From positions 82,969 to 146,968 of the forward strand of contig CAWJTV010000037.1 of the NCBI GenBank assembly GCA_963845755.1: 64,000 bases of DNA. Reading direction: 5' to 3'. A program made the position numbers and the translations under genes. Positions 1 to 13,157 of the stretch are shown in pieces (within the stretch, counting starts at the first letter, position 1; every line of letters starts with the position of its first letter). Origin of the DNA: an uncultured Planctomycetota bacterium. Its GTDB lineage: Bacteria; Planctomycetota; Planctomycetia; Isosphaerales; Isosphaeraceae. The notes beneath the pieces were generated by a model. The model ran no database searches. It was not told the origin of the DNA and saw only the letters and a program-made list of their open reading frames with translations.

Positions 1-767
1 CCGCGAGAACCGGCGATCCGTAGTCGTTCGTCTCCGTGAGTGGGCGCGGATTCCGGCGCAGATAGTCGAGCGTGACCGAGGCCACCCCGCCGTTGCCCAT
101 CGAGAGCAGGAAGGCGGCCTGACTGCCACAGGCCGGGAAGTCTGGCCGAGCGGCGGTCCCCTCGCGTCCCTGCACTTCGGTAAACACATCGCCGAGGATC
201 CAGTGCAGCCAATCGAAGGCGTGGATGCCAACCCAGGGAGCGAGACCGGGGAAGGTCTTGCGGCTCCGGTAGAAATCCGGGCGGCTCTTGCCCCATTTAT
301 ACGTCTTCTGGCTGAAGCTCATCAGCGATTCGCCGATGTCCCCGGCGCGGCACGGCCTGATGCACGGCGGCCAGCTCCGCCACACTCCGCATCGTGTGCA
401 TCGGCACCAGGGCCACCTTCGACTTCTGTGCGGCATGGTAGAGCCCTTCCAGCGCGGGCAGATCCATCGCCAGCGGCTTCTCTGCCATGACCGGCAGTCC
501 GCGTTCCAGGCACTTGAGGGCCCAGGCCGGGATCCGGTCATTGCGGCCAGTGACCTGCACCACGTCCAGCCGCTCGGTCTCGAGCATCTTCTGGGCATCG
601 TCGTGACGGCGCGTGTCCACCGACAGGCCGGGGGCATGGTCGAATGAGCCAAGGGTTTCTTCCGGCCCGGCAGTGGCAACCGCGACGAGCGTCAAACCGG
701 GAACCTGCTTCAGGGCCGGTGCGTAGGTATGCCAGTGTCCCGTCGAGCCGATCAGTCCCAGTCGCAT
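1..767 (-). CDS. Gfo/Idh/MocA-family oxidoreductase (frameshift ~340; runs off the left edge)
   Basis: N-terminal Rossmann start MRLGLIGSTGH and an AEKP motif. An alternate frame continues LMSFSQKTYKWG...WVGIHAFDWLHWILG. AGGAG RBS upstream. Confidence 0.85.
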
Positions 768-787
768 GGCGCTCCTTTCCAGGTCAT

Positions 788-3700
788 CTACTTCTTAAAC
801 TCGTTCGTCGGAGCTGCGATCAACGCCTCGGCCTCGCGGCACAGGACATGAGCGATCAGCCAGTCGTGCCACGCCCCGTTGCCGGGAATGGAAAAACGAT
901 CGTCGAGGAGTTGCTTCGCCTCGTCGAGCGACTGTCGGGCAGCGCCCTCGTTCCGCAGTCGGTGCTGGGACATCGCCTCAACTGAGAGGTCAGCCGCGGT
1001 GAGGGCGTCAATGTTATTCTGGTTCTTCGCGACTCGCCGGCGGCTGTCTTGGCAAGCCGCCAGCGCCTCGGCGTATTTCTCGGTTCGATACGCGTGGAGC
1101 CCATCGCTGAAGAGATACCATTCCATCGAGGGCTGCTGGTTTTCGCCGGAAACGGCCACCTGCGCGAGCCTGGCGATACGGTCGGCGTCCACCGGCGAGC
1201 TCGCGAGGAGCATGCAGGCCTTGACCGTATTACTGGCCACCTCATGCGACGGGGTGTTTCCCCAGTGAGCGAGCATCAGCCGGCAATGTTCCCGGTAGCG
1301 CTCCATCTCTCCCAGGTGGACCAGCAATGCCCCAAGCTGAAGCGACGTGAAGGTGTCGGGCTGCAAGCGTTCCGCCACTACGAGATCGGCCTCGGCCTTC
1401 CTCCATAGGCCGTGGTCGCCGTACCAATTGCCCCGCTCGCGGTATCCCTTGGCCTGACCGGGCTCCTCGCGGATCGCCGCCGTCAGCCCCTCGGGGGGCT
1501 CACCCGCAGCGGCAGCGAGCAGTTCAGCCGCCTCGGGGCGGTCGAGTCCGACGACCCGCACGGCCTTCTGAAGGAGTGAGTTCAGGCCCGTGTCCGCAGC
1601 CGCGGCCGACGGGGTCACGAGCTCGGCGGCCTTCCGGCATGCGGCCCGAGCCTGGTCCATCTCTCCCAGTTGACCATGAGACACGGTGAGCATCAGCCAG
1701 TCGGCGGGCGGCGACTGCCGGTTCGCCGCCCTGCTCCTGGTCAGGATGTCCACGATTTTGCGGAACGCCCGGGTGGCATCGGCGCTCCGGTTGGCTTTCC
1801 GCGCGATTTCGCCGATGACCATGTAGGTGGATGCCAGATCGCGATCCATTCCCAGGACCTCGGGCGATGCAGAGCTCATCGTCTCCGCGATGGAAGCCGC
1901 TCCTTGAAGCCGTTCCAGGGCTTCGTCGAGCTTTCCGGACTCGGCGAGTAGCCGACCGAGTTGCCGATCAGTCTCGGCGAGCTCGGCCTGGAAATCTCGG
2001 TTGGCCGGCTCTTCGGCCGCGATTCTGACTCGCTCGACCAGCACCGACTCGAGCTCGGCCTCAGCCTCGTTCTTCTGGCCGATATCCAGGCGTATCAGCG
2101 CAAGAGCCGCCCGGGCAGACAGCTCGTCGGCGCGGCCTTTGCGCTCGCGCCGGGAGGCTTGCTCCCGCGGCGACGACCCGACGTGGGCCACCGTCGGTGC
2201 TTTCGGGATCAGTCCCGCGGCCTCCTTGATGAGGATCTCGGCACGAACCATTTCGCACCAATGCAACGGATCGGTCTCGAAGTTCTGGCCGGGTTTCGGC
2301 AATCGGTCGTGTGCCGTGCGGGCTCGCTGTAACGCGGACGCCGCTTCGGCGCCTCGACCGAGACGGGCCAGTGCTGCGGCCTCGACGCCTCGGATGGACG
2401 CATCGAGATCCGATAGGGGTTGCGGCGCGTTTGCGAATCGCGTCGCGACCGCGTCGAAGTTCCCGAGCCGGTAGTCCGCGAGGAGCGAAGCCAGCAACGT
2501 CCCGGCTTCTGCCGGTTGCGCTCGATGCCGGGCCAGTGCCGCTTCAGCCCATAGACGAATGGTCTCCCGATCCGACACGGCGTCAGGAGCCAGCAGGAGA
2601 CTATTGACCATCGCCTCGACCAGGGTCGGGTCTCGGTTCTCCCGGTATCGGCCGAGCAGCTCCTGGGCGAGCTCACGATATCCCGACGCATCTCCAGCTC
2701 GGAGGCGCAGGAGGGCGAGTAACTCCTGGGCCGCGCCGTTCTCGGGGATGAGCTGAACGGTCCTGGCCTGGATGGCCGCCGCCTCGGGGAACATCCCACG
2801 ACACACAAGTTCGTGCATTCGCCTCGCGACCAGAACCAGGTCATTCGGACGCAGAGCCGTCAGGCGGTCATACACCTGCGCGTCGTGGACGATCGAGTCG
2901 TCTATTCCATGTCGATCAAAGAACCACGCGTAGGAGCCGGCACGATCCTTCGGGATCTGCGGGATCCGGAGCGAATCGAGGACCCGAGCGAACTCGGTGG
3001 CGGCTTCGTCCCACCGCCCGAGTTCGGTGTAGGCACGGCCGATTTCTTTCGGCACCTGAGGCCAATTCCGGCCCAGTGCCCTCGCCCTCGCGAACATCTG
3101 GGCTGACTGGTCCCACCGTTGCAGCTCGCCAAGCCGGCGGCCGAGATCGATCCACAACCGTGGCTGATTCGGGGCTCCTCTCGCCAGGCGGAGGAATTCG
3201 TCCTCGGTCGTCTCGTGTGCCGCCTGGGCCTCACGGGATTTCCGCATGAGGGCCAGTTCGTCGGCGCTCGGGACGGGAGGTTTGCCGTGGATCAGTCGGT
3301 GTGCTTCCCGGTAGGTGGCTTGATACCACAGCTCCTCTTCCCAGCCCTCGGCCAGCAGGCGCGGTGGTATGGCCAGGGCCTGCTGGACCTGCGCCGCATG
3401 TCGCATCTCAGCAGCTTGCAAGGTCTGGCGGGCCTCGTCCGGTTTGCCGACCTGATGGAGGATGGAGGCGTGGAGCGGCCGGAAGTAGAGCTGATCCTCG
3501 GTTTGCACCGCCTTCAGGACCTGCGTCTCCGCTTCGGCGTACCGGCCAGCACGGAAGTAGGCGTTCGCCTGCCGGTGATGCAGCCAGAATGCGTTCGGTG
3601 CATTATCGGACAACGTCTGGAGAGGCACGATCCACCGATCCCGAACCGCGCTCTTCTCCCCGGGCAGGAGACAGGACACTCCCAGGTCGGAGGGAACGTC

Positions 3701-6700
3701 GTCCTTGCCGGGACGGTCGTATCGGCGAACCATCTCGCCGAACACCTGTTCGGACTCCTTCTCCCGACCGGCCGCGTACAGGCTGAAGACGCGACACCAT
3801 GTCGGCCTCACGTCGAGAGGAGCACGGCGATCGGCCTCGCCGAAGGCATCGGCGGCCTCGGTCCACAGTCTCAGGTGGAGCAGCTCCCAGGCCCGCTGCA
3901 AGGGGCCGTCGTGGAACAGGCACTCGCACCAAGCCGGCCCGTTCGTCTGCTTGATCTTCACCAGGATGGTGTTCCGGCCTGCTCGCAGAGTGACCGGGAC
4001 CCAGTTCTCTCCCGTGCCAACGAGTTTCCAGGCCTCGAACCCGGTGAACGTCAAACGTCCGTTTACCCAGAGGCGGGCGTCCTCTCCCGTGCGCAGCAAC
4101 AGCGAGGCGGTTCGATCCCGATCGGCGTGGACGTAAGTTAGGGCGTAGAACGAGACGGTCTGATTCCCGCCGCCGACCATCCCCAATTCGATGTGTCCTG
4201 TGTTGGGCGTGGTCGATACGGCCTGCCACTTCAGCGCATGACTTCCGCCGCCGATGTCCATCGGCCGCGAAGGGTCGGGATCCTTCTCGGAGAGGCATGT
4301 CCGATCGAACGGTTCCGGGTAAGGCCCGGCCACCCACCACCCGGCTTCGAGGAACTGATTGAGCTCGCCCTTGCCGAGTGAGGAAGCCCGCGCGAAGGCC
4401 GCATCGGCTTGAGTGTGATCTCCCAACTCGGCAAGGAACCGGCCGGCTTCGATCCAAGGCTGCGCAGGCCGGGTTCGAGCCCCTGGGCCTTGGACAGGTC
4501 GCCGGCCATCCGGTCCGTACGCCCGAGCCTGGCGAAGACACGTGCCCGAGTGAGCCACAGGTCGACCTCATTCGGTCGCAGGGCGACCGCGGCCGCGAAC
4601 TCGGCCTCGGCTTTCTCGACCTCTCCGAAGGCATACAGCACCCTGCCCCGAAACAGCCGATCGTAGGGCGAGTCCGGCAGGGGCTTACCCTCGATGGTAT
4701 GATGAGCCTCGCGACGAACGAGGCGGAAGTAGACCCAGTCCGGCCAGTCCGGCCGCACGAGTCGCATGGCCGGATTCGTGGCCGCGTCACCCGTCACGCG
4801 ATCGGCCGCGAGGTCCGCCTGCCGCAACGCCTCCCGTGCCGCGTCGGGGTGACCGACCTGGTGTTCGGCCAGAGCGACGCCGATCCAGTTCCAGATCAGT
4901 TCGTCCGGGCCGACCAGCCGGGCTTGACCCTCTTTGACCTGTCCGGCCCGGACACGAGCGATTGCCGGGACCCATTGCTGCCACTCGATCGAGGTCGCAT
5001 CTTGACGAGTTTCCGCGAGCTCTTTCGCGTTCGCCATGCGCCGGGCGAGGGTCTTGAATCCTTCCGTGTCGCCGGCCTCGGCCATCAGCAAGGCAAGCTG
5101 ATGCCAGGGTGTGACTGCGGCAGGTACCTCAATCTCGAACGACCGCCGATGGAATCGAAGCGCCTCGGTGAGCAGCCCGACTTGCCCATATTGATCGCCG
5201 ACATGCCTGATCGCCTCCGCAAGGGCGATGCGCAGAGGGAAGCGATCCGGGTTCGCCTCGAAGTCGGCTTCGAGGGGGGCGAGTCCTTCTTCCCACGCCG
5301 CGCCCGCTTCCTTGAGCCGGCCGGCCGCGGCGAAACAGTCTCCGCGGGAGATCTGGCTCTGGAGCAGGTCGGCGCGGAGTCGTTCGTCGTTCGGTTCTTC
5401 CTCGACAAGCTCCTTCCTCTCGGTCAGGGCCTCGTCGATGCGGCCCCGCGCTTCCTCGGCTTGTCCGGCATCGAGCAGGGCTTGGGCCAACTCTTAACGC
5501 GCCCGGGCCAGACTGCGTCGATTGAATCGGCTCGGGGGGAGCGGTGCGGCCACGGCCTCCAGAGCCGTCAGGACGATCCGCCGAGTGGACGCCTTTTCTT
5601 CGAGCGAGGCTGCTGGGTTCCAGGTCGCGGCGTCGGCCGATGTCAGCTCGTCGATCCGGGCCAGCACCTCGTTGAAGTCGGGCCGAATGCGCAGCGGTTC
5701 GGTGCGCGGATCCGTCCTCATCCAGTTCGAGTCGCGCCAGCCGGCGAGGACATGCTTCCGCAGGGCATTCACGACCGCCACAGCCTCGGGTTCGGTCTTC
5801 ACTTCCCCAGGCGGCGCGCACCGCGGCTCGGGCGATCACGATGGCATATACGGCGAGGTGGAAGTCCCGGACGCCCTCGAAAAACGCCGTCGTTTCCTCG
5901 GTGGTTTTGGCGATCCGCTCGCGCAGCTTCGTGCGCGACCTTTGCCGCCTCATCCCATCGGCGGGCATCGCGCAGCGCCTCCAGGAAATCGGCATAGCCC
6001 TGGACCAGATCCGCGTCAAACCCCGCGACTCCCGGGTTATCGCGAGCGCGGCGGTCCAGGACTTCGATCCGGCGGCGATGGGCAGCCAGTTCCTCCTCGG
6101 TCAGACCGGAGGCTTTGGCTCTCGTCGCTACTTGATCGAGCAGCGTTACCAGGAACCGGGTGGTGGGTTCGCTGGACGGGTCGAGTCGATAGGCAATTTC
6201 GCCTTGCTCGAGGGCCTTGTGGAACAAGGTCAGGGCTTCGTGGTGGCGATCCTCTTTCAATTGAAGAGCGATCTGGTTCAGGCTGGTGGCCAATCCCAGC
6301 CGGGCGTCGGGGTCGTGAGGCCGCAACCGCACCAGCCGTTCTCGGATCATCAGGGCCTTGCGAAGGAACTCCAGGAACTTCGCTGGATCGTCCTTGAAAT
6401 GAAACGCGTCGTCGTTGTAGGCATTTCCCAGGTCCGCCTGGTACCGCGGGTCGTCCGGGCGAACGAGCTTTTCCCAGATTGCGATCGCACGCTCGTTTTG
6501 CCCCTGTCGATGCAGGGCTTTGGCAAGGCGGTCCTGGATCTCGCGGTCGTCACGGGCGTCGGCTGCCAGGGCCTCGTAGAGGCGCAGGGACTGGGCGAAG
6601 GACTGGTCGGCCAGTGGTTGCTGGCCAAGATCCCTGTAGAGAGTCCCGACCTTCTCGTAAACCGCCGCCAGTTCTCGGTGCAGGGCCGGGTCGGTCCCGC

Positions 6701-7422
6701 GCTCCAAGAGGAATTGTTGATAAAATCCCAGGGCGGACCGCAGGAGTCGGTCCCGCAACGGCGAGAGACCGGGCGACTTGAGCCTGGCGTCGCTGCTCGC
6801 GGCCGTCAGGTATTCCTGAACCGACGTCCGAGTCCTGGCGAAGTTCTCCTCGGCCTGTTGGAGAGCCTCAATCGCCCGCGTGCGGCCGGCCTCGGCGGCC
6901 TTCGCGGCCGCTTCGGCGGTCTTCACGTTCGCCTCGGCGGTCTTGGCAGTCGCCTTGGCGGCCTTCGCGGTCGCCTCGGCTTGTTCGCGCTGACTGACTT
7001 CTCGCTGTCTCGCACGCTCGGCGTCGGCCCGGGCCGTTCGTTCCGCCTCGGCCGCAAGCGCCTCGCGTCGTGACTGGTTCGTCGAACCGGACGGCGACGA
7101 TCAGGGAGACGACGGTCGCCAGCAGTACCACCGCCAGCGAAGCGCCCAGAGCGGCGATCGAGGCGTATCGACCGACCCGGCCTGCGCGACCCATCGGCGT
7201 CGAAAGACTGGAAGTCGAGGTCCGAGCCACCTCGTCGCGATCGTGCTTCGCCGATTCCAAGTCTACGAGGAGTGGGAACAATTCGCGGATATCGTCGCCC
7301 AGCTCGGGATGACGGTCGACGTACTCCTGCAACGCCGGGCGTTCGCCGAGTCGGTTGCGTTCGGCGAATTCATTCGCAAGTCGATGGAGCAGGGCGAAGC
7401 GTTTGGTGCTGTGAGAAGCCAT
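788..7422 (-). CDS. Giant membrane-anchored TPR protein with a jelly-roll (PA14/galactose-binding-like) domain; broken into about 5 ORFs
   Basis: ATG at 7422 with AGGAGGG RBS. Order: leader LANEFAERNRLGERPALQEYVDRHPEL, TM helix, coiled coil, many TPR-like helical repeats. Contains a WWVAGPYP...YALTYV...RLWVNG...LRAGRNTILVKI domain. Frameshifts near 7075, 5930-5820 and 4465, plus an in-frame TAA at 5494-5496. Confidence 0.75.
6889..6980. repeat. 21-bp coding tandem repeat (about 4.4 copies) encoding AEA(T/N/A)(A/V)K(A/T) heptads
   Basis: gcctcggcggccttcgcggcc / gcttcggcggtcttcacgttc / gcctcggcggtcttggcagtc / gccttggcggccttcgcggtc. Confidence 0.8.
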
Positions 7423-7787
7423 GTCAGAGACCCTCCTGCTCACCGAGCATCGTAACGAGGATTTCCTCGAGGCGATTGAGTCCGGGGAAAGAGCGACGGG
7501 CCTCAATCCCGTTTTCGAACCACCCAATGATACCGATTTTCCTCCATGAGCCACGGTTTTCCGGCCTGGAGGAGTCGGATTTCTTCTTTGGAGATGTCTG
7601 GTTAATGCGCGAGCGATCCGGCTTCAGGTGCCGAGCACTCCGGCTCCTCCGAAGCCCGCTTCTAATATCACTCTCAGCTCGTGCCCTCGTGGTCGGCCAA
7701 GTTGGGGTAGCCCAGGAAATGTCGGGCGACCCGCCGGCCGATAAGGTCCGCCATCCTGAGGGGACGAAGGTCCTCGGCTCCTCGATG

Positions 7788-9346
7788 TCAGGTGTGGTAG
7801 GAGAACGCGACCGGACGCGACGCGATGCCGTTTGCCACCACTGAGAGTCGATATTTCCCGGTCGGGAGTGTCCCCGGGAGCGTGAAATCCGTCGACACCG
7901 ACTTCCTGCGAGTCGCTACGCCGATCGTCCAGTTGGTGGTTCGGGCGTAGTAGACGTGGTGGCTGGCGTCGGAGAGCCGAACGATGGGATAGTTGCTCGA
8001 CATCTGGGCATCGTCGCCGTAGTACGCCCCTTCGGAGACGCCGTTGAGCTGGGTTCCCGTCAGGTGGAACGAGCCGTTGTGGTTGCGCCGGATCTGGGTG
8101 ATGGTCGGTCGCCACGAGGCGCGCGGTCTGCCTCCAGGCTTGTAGATGTCAAGCTGATTCGACCCATCGGCGAAAAGGACATCGCCGTTGGGGAGGGCGA
8201 CGAAGCGGGACGTGAAGGGCTGAGAGGTATCGTTCGGCAGGTTGGGCGCGTCGGTGAACTGGTTCGCGACCGGGTCGTATTCGACGAACGTCGTCGGCCC
8301 ATCGCCCGATTTCGGCCCGACCGCGCAGAGGACCTTGCCATTGGAAAGTACGACTGCCGACCCGTCGTAGGATCCCAGTCCGTTGGGGATGTCCGGTCCG
8401 GCAACCCAAGTGCCGGATTGACTCACCTGGGCTGCGGGTGTGTAGATCGCGGTATGACCGCTGGCTCCGAGGAAAAACGCCCGGCCGTCGTTGAGAAGTA
8501 CCCCTGGGCCAGTATCGTTCTCGCCTTCAGGATTCTCGTACCAGAGGTCGACCGGGACGGTAGCGTCATTAACCCACTGATTCGTCGTGGAGAGATAGCG
8601 TTCCGACGGGTAGGCGCCGGCGAGCCGATCGCGTCGTTGTCAACGGCCAGGATGCTACCGCCGGGCATCAGGACCCAGTTTTCCTCGTTCGCACTGCGTG
8701 TCAATTGCGCGCCGGGGTCTTTGTAGAGGTTCGGTCCCTGAACCCATGTCTCGGTCGAGGGTTGAAAGACGAGCGTCGTCTGGACCAAGGGAAAGTTTGG
8801 AGATCGCTCTTCGGGGGCGAGCAAAATGTCGCCGTCGGGCAGAAGCTTGGACGGGGCGTCTCCAATCTTGAGGGGAGGGTCGGGGAGATTGGCGGCGTCC
8901 GGTGACGTGACCGAGGCCCATTGATTGGTGGCTGGGTCGTAGATCTCGGCCGTGTTGCCGCCGGTGCCGATTTCACCCCCCGCGACGAAGATCTTGCCGC
9001 TGGGAAGGACGGCCGAGTCGTAGTAGAGGCGTGTGTCGTGCATCGAGGCCAGGCGCGACCAGGTTCCTTTGGCGTAACTTCCGTGTGTGTTCGGCTTCAG
9101 AGCATACCAAACATCGCTGCCGCCGATTTGGGCCATCACCCGGCCGTCGGTCAGCAGGAGCATCGTTTCCACGCCTCCGGGCGCCGGCGTGGGCACGGGT
9201 ATCCAACTCCCGGCCAGCAGGATCCGGGCCTCAACGCACTCGACCTCGGACCGTCGGGCGCGATGGCCCGGCGACCGAAAATCGCGACGCGGACGTTGCG
9301 AGGCGCTCGATTCTCGACGGATGGCACAGTTGAAGAACTCCAGCAT
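7788..9346 (-). CDS. Secreted Kelch/galactose-oxidase-like beta-propeller protein with planctomycete LEPRxLL-type leader (frameshift ~8610)
   Basis: Leader ...RRSEVECVEARILLAG. Kelch-like repeats LLTDGRVM, VLPSGKIFVAGG...AEIYDPATNQW, LLPDGDILL, VLSNGKVL. C-terminal Ig-like domain ending YRLSVVANGIAS. Confidence 0.8.
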
Positions 9347-9879
9347 CAGTGGCTCCTGTTCGACCTCTTGGCGAAGTGTCTCACCAACCGCGGCGATCGG
9401 GCGAAAAGATGTGCTGAGGACCTCGCGATCGACGCGAGGATGTCCGCTTTCAACGCGACGACCTTCTGTATCAGACTGCTGAGATGCCTCTCAGGCCGAG
9501 CGGCTACAGGTGAAGATGATTCATCTCGTTGAATCGCCGCTGCCGGTTCATCCCAGTTGATCATTACAACCGATCGCCTCCCTTGATGCAACTTAAATCA
9601 AGCATTATCCGGCCTAGAATCTTAAGATGCGATTGATCCCCGTTAAATCATCGGATATTATTAATAGGATATTATGATATCACTATTTTGTCGCCTCTTG
9701 GTCCGCGGATTTCGGCGTCGAAGGCCGAGTGGGGCCCGACGAATCGCGATTGCTGTCTCAGCGGTCTTCCCTTGGTTCTTCTGTCGCTCTGGTGACCATC
9801 GCCAATCGAGCGGTTAAACTGGGAGGCCACGGACTTCGCACGAACACCACGATGAATCGAATCAGACGGAGGAGCACGC

Positions 9880-12800
9880 GTGAAACCGCACGATCGGCCG
9901 ATGATCTGGCCAATGCTCATCTCGGCCTTGCTGTGGGCGCAGGCGATGATTCATCGAGAGGCGATGTCCGGTGAGGCAGTCGATCCGAGTGAAGGTCCAC
10001 GCCGTGTGGCGGCGGACATCGTCCTCAAAGGAGGCACGCTGATCGACGGCACCGGCGCTCCGGGACGTCTCGCAGACGTTGCCGTGCGTGGGGACCGGAT
10101 CGTGGCCGTCGGCTCGTTCCAGACCGAACCTGGTGCGAAATCGATCGACGCCTCAGGGCTGATCGTCGCGCCGGGGTTCATCGACCTGCACACTCACTCC
10201 GACAGCGGGATCACCCAGGCCGCCACCCGTCTCAATACCAATTACCTGACCCAGGGCGTGACCACGATCGTCACGGGAAACTGCGGCGGCGGAGTGCTCG
10301 ACGTCGCCCGTTATTTCACCGCGATCGACGCACATGGCGCCGGCACGAATGTGATTCATCTCGTCCCGCAGGGTCGAGTTCGGTCCACGATCCTGGGGAA
10401 CGAGGATCGACCGCCGAGCCCGGCCGAACTCGCGCGGATGAAGCAGCTCGTCGAGCGGGGGATGGAGGCCGGCGCCTGGGGCATCTCCTCCGGGTTGATC
10501 TACGTGCCCAGCCGGTATGCTCGCACCGCCGAGCTGATCGAGCTGGCGAAGGTCGCAGGCCGTCATGGGGGACTCTACGCCTCGCACATCCGCACCGAGG
10601 AGGCCGGGGTCCTCGACGCGATCGACGAGGCGATTGCTGTCGGCAAAGGGGCCGGAGTTCCCGTGCACATCTCGCATTTGAAAGCCAATGGCAAGGCGCA
10701 GTGGGGAATGGCGCGCTCGGCGATCGAGCGGCTCGCCACGGCGCGGAAGGCTGGCCAGGTCGTCACGGCGGACCAGTATCCGTACATCGCCTCGAGTACC
10801 GGGCTGGCGGCGATGGTCGTGCCGCACTGGGCCGTTCAGGGCGATGACGAGAGCTTCCGACGGATCGCCGCCGATCCTGTGCGTGGGACGGCGCTCCGTC
10901 GCGAGATCCAGCAGGAGCTCGACCGGCGCGACGGCGGCGCCTCGGTCCGGATCGCGCGGTACGCGCCGCGACCCGAATGGGCCGGGCTCGATCTGGTCGC
11001 GATCGCGCAGTGCGCGAGTACGACCCCACTGGAGGTCGTACTGGAGGTCCAGCGACACGGCGGCGCGCAGGCGATCAGCTTCGGCATGAGCGAGCCTGAC
11101 GTCCGCGAGATCATGCGTCACGATTTCGTGGCCACTGCATCCGACGGCGCGACACACCTGCCCGGCCGCGGCGACCATCCTCATCCCCGCGCCTACGGTA
11201 CGTTTCCTCGCAAGATCCGCTACGCGCTCGACGAGAAGGTCCTCTCGCTCGAGCAGGCGATCCGATCCTGCTCGGGGTGGCCCGCGGAGATCCTCGGCCT
11301 GCCCGAGCGGGGCATCATCCGCGAGGGTGCCATCGCGGACCTTGTCGTCTTCGACCCGAAGACCTTTCGGGACGTCGCGACCTTCGAGAACCCGACCCGT
11401 TACGCGACCGGCGTGAGATACCTGTTTGTCAACGGCGCGGCCCTGATCGCCGACGGGCGGCTCACGACGGAGTCGGGCTCGAAGCGGAAGCTCCCGGGCC
11501 GGGCGCTCCGGCTGCATCGAGACGGCCCGGCCTCGTTGATCGTCAAGGTCGGACGGATCTGGACGGGAGACCGCGACCGCCCCTGGGCGGAGGCCCTGGC
11601 CATCCGCGACGGGGCGATCGCCGCCGTCGGGCCCGCGTCCGAAGCGATGCGTTTTCGCGGACCGTCGACCCGGGTCGTCGATCGGCCGGACGCGTTCGCC
11701 CTGCCCGGTCTGATCGACGCCCACGGCCACATGGAGTCGCTAGGCGCCTCTCGGGACAAGGTCGATCTGCGCGCGGTTTCATCACTCGAGGAGGTCGGCC
11801 GGCGAGTCAAGGCGTGGGCCGAGGCGACGCCCGGCGACTCGTGGATCACCGGGCGGAACTGGGACCAGAGCCTCTGGCCCGGGGGCGCCTTCCCGACCGC
11901 GGCCGTGCTCGACGAGGTCGCACCCCATCGGCCGGTTTGGCTCCATCGGGTCGACGGCCATGCCGGCTGGGCGAACTCCGAAGCCATGCGGCGCGGCGAA
12001 CGTGACCCAGGATTCGGTGTCTCCCGCCGGCGGCCAGATCATGCGGGACAAGGAAGGGCGGCTAACCGGCGTGTTCATCGACGGAGCCATGGGACTGGTC
12101 GGCCGCGCGGTCCCGTCCCCGACCAAGCTGGATATCCGGCGCCGGCTCCTCGCGGCCCAGGAAATGGCCCTCCGCGCCGGCCTGACGGGCGTCCATGATG
12201 CCGGGATCTCCCGGCGCACCGCCGAGGTCTACCGCGACCTCGACCGCGAAGGCAAGCTCGCGATCCGGGTCTACGGCATGGCCTCGCTCGCCGATGGCGG
12301 TCAGGTCGCGGTTGTCAGCCGGCGCCCCGAAGTCCGTCCCGACGGGGCGCGGTTCGAGCTCCGAGCCATCAAGCTTTTCATCGACGGCGCGATGGGCTCG
12401 CGCGGGGGCCTGCTGTTCCAACCCTACCATGACGATCCCGGGAACTCCGGCCTGCTCCTGATGGATCCCAAGGTGCTCGAAGCCACCACGACGGCCGCCC
12501 TGCGCAACGGCTGGCAAGTCGCGACCCACGCCATCGGCGACAAGGGAAACGCCCTCGTGCTCGACGCCTATGCCGCCGCTCGGAAAGCGGTCCCCGAAGC
12601 GCGCGATCCGCGGCTGCGGATCGAACACGCGCAGGTGGTGCGCAAGGACGATGTCCGGCGGTTTGCCGAGCTGGGTGTCGTCGCCTCGATGCAGCCCTCG
12701 CACGCCAGCGACGACATGCGCTGGGCCGACGCGCGGCTCGGAACGGGCCGGGTCGACGGCGCCTACGCCTGGCGATGGTTCGCCGACGCAGGCGTCTCCC

Positions 12801-13135
12801 TGGCCTATGGCAGCGATTTCCCCGTCGAGATCGTCAACCCCTTCTGGGGCATCTACGCGGCGATCACCCGCCAGGACGCCGAGGGACATCCCCCAGGCGG
12901 CTGGCACCCGGAACAGCTCCTCACGCTCGAGGAGGCCCTCAGTGGCTTTACCGCCGGCTCGGCTCGTGCGGCCTTTGCCGAGGATCGCCTGGGCCTCCTC
13001 AAGACCGGATTCCGCGCCGACGTGACGGTCCTCGATCGCGACCTGTTCCGGGTCAAGCCCAAGGAACTGCTCGCGACCCAGGTCGTCATGACGATCGTCG
13101 AGGGAGCGGTCGCCAGCGAGGCGACCACTCCGTGA
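9880..13135 (+). CDS. Fusion of N-acyl-D-amino-acid deacylase and YtcJ-like amidohydrolase-3 (frameshift ~11995)
   Basis: Domain 1: PGFIDLHTHSD, YASHIR, HISHLK, ASDG, HPRAYGTFPR. Domain 2: PGLIDAHGH, RVDGHAGWANS, KLFIDGAMGSRG, THAIGD, RIEHAQ, GSDFPV. Confidence 0.85.
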
Positions 13136-13157
13136 GGGAAAAGCCTGCCGGCGAGGT

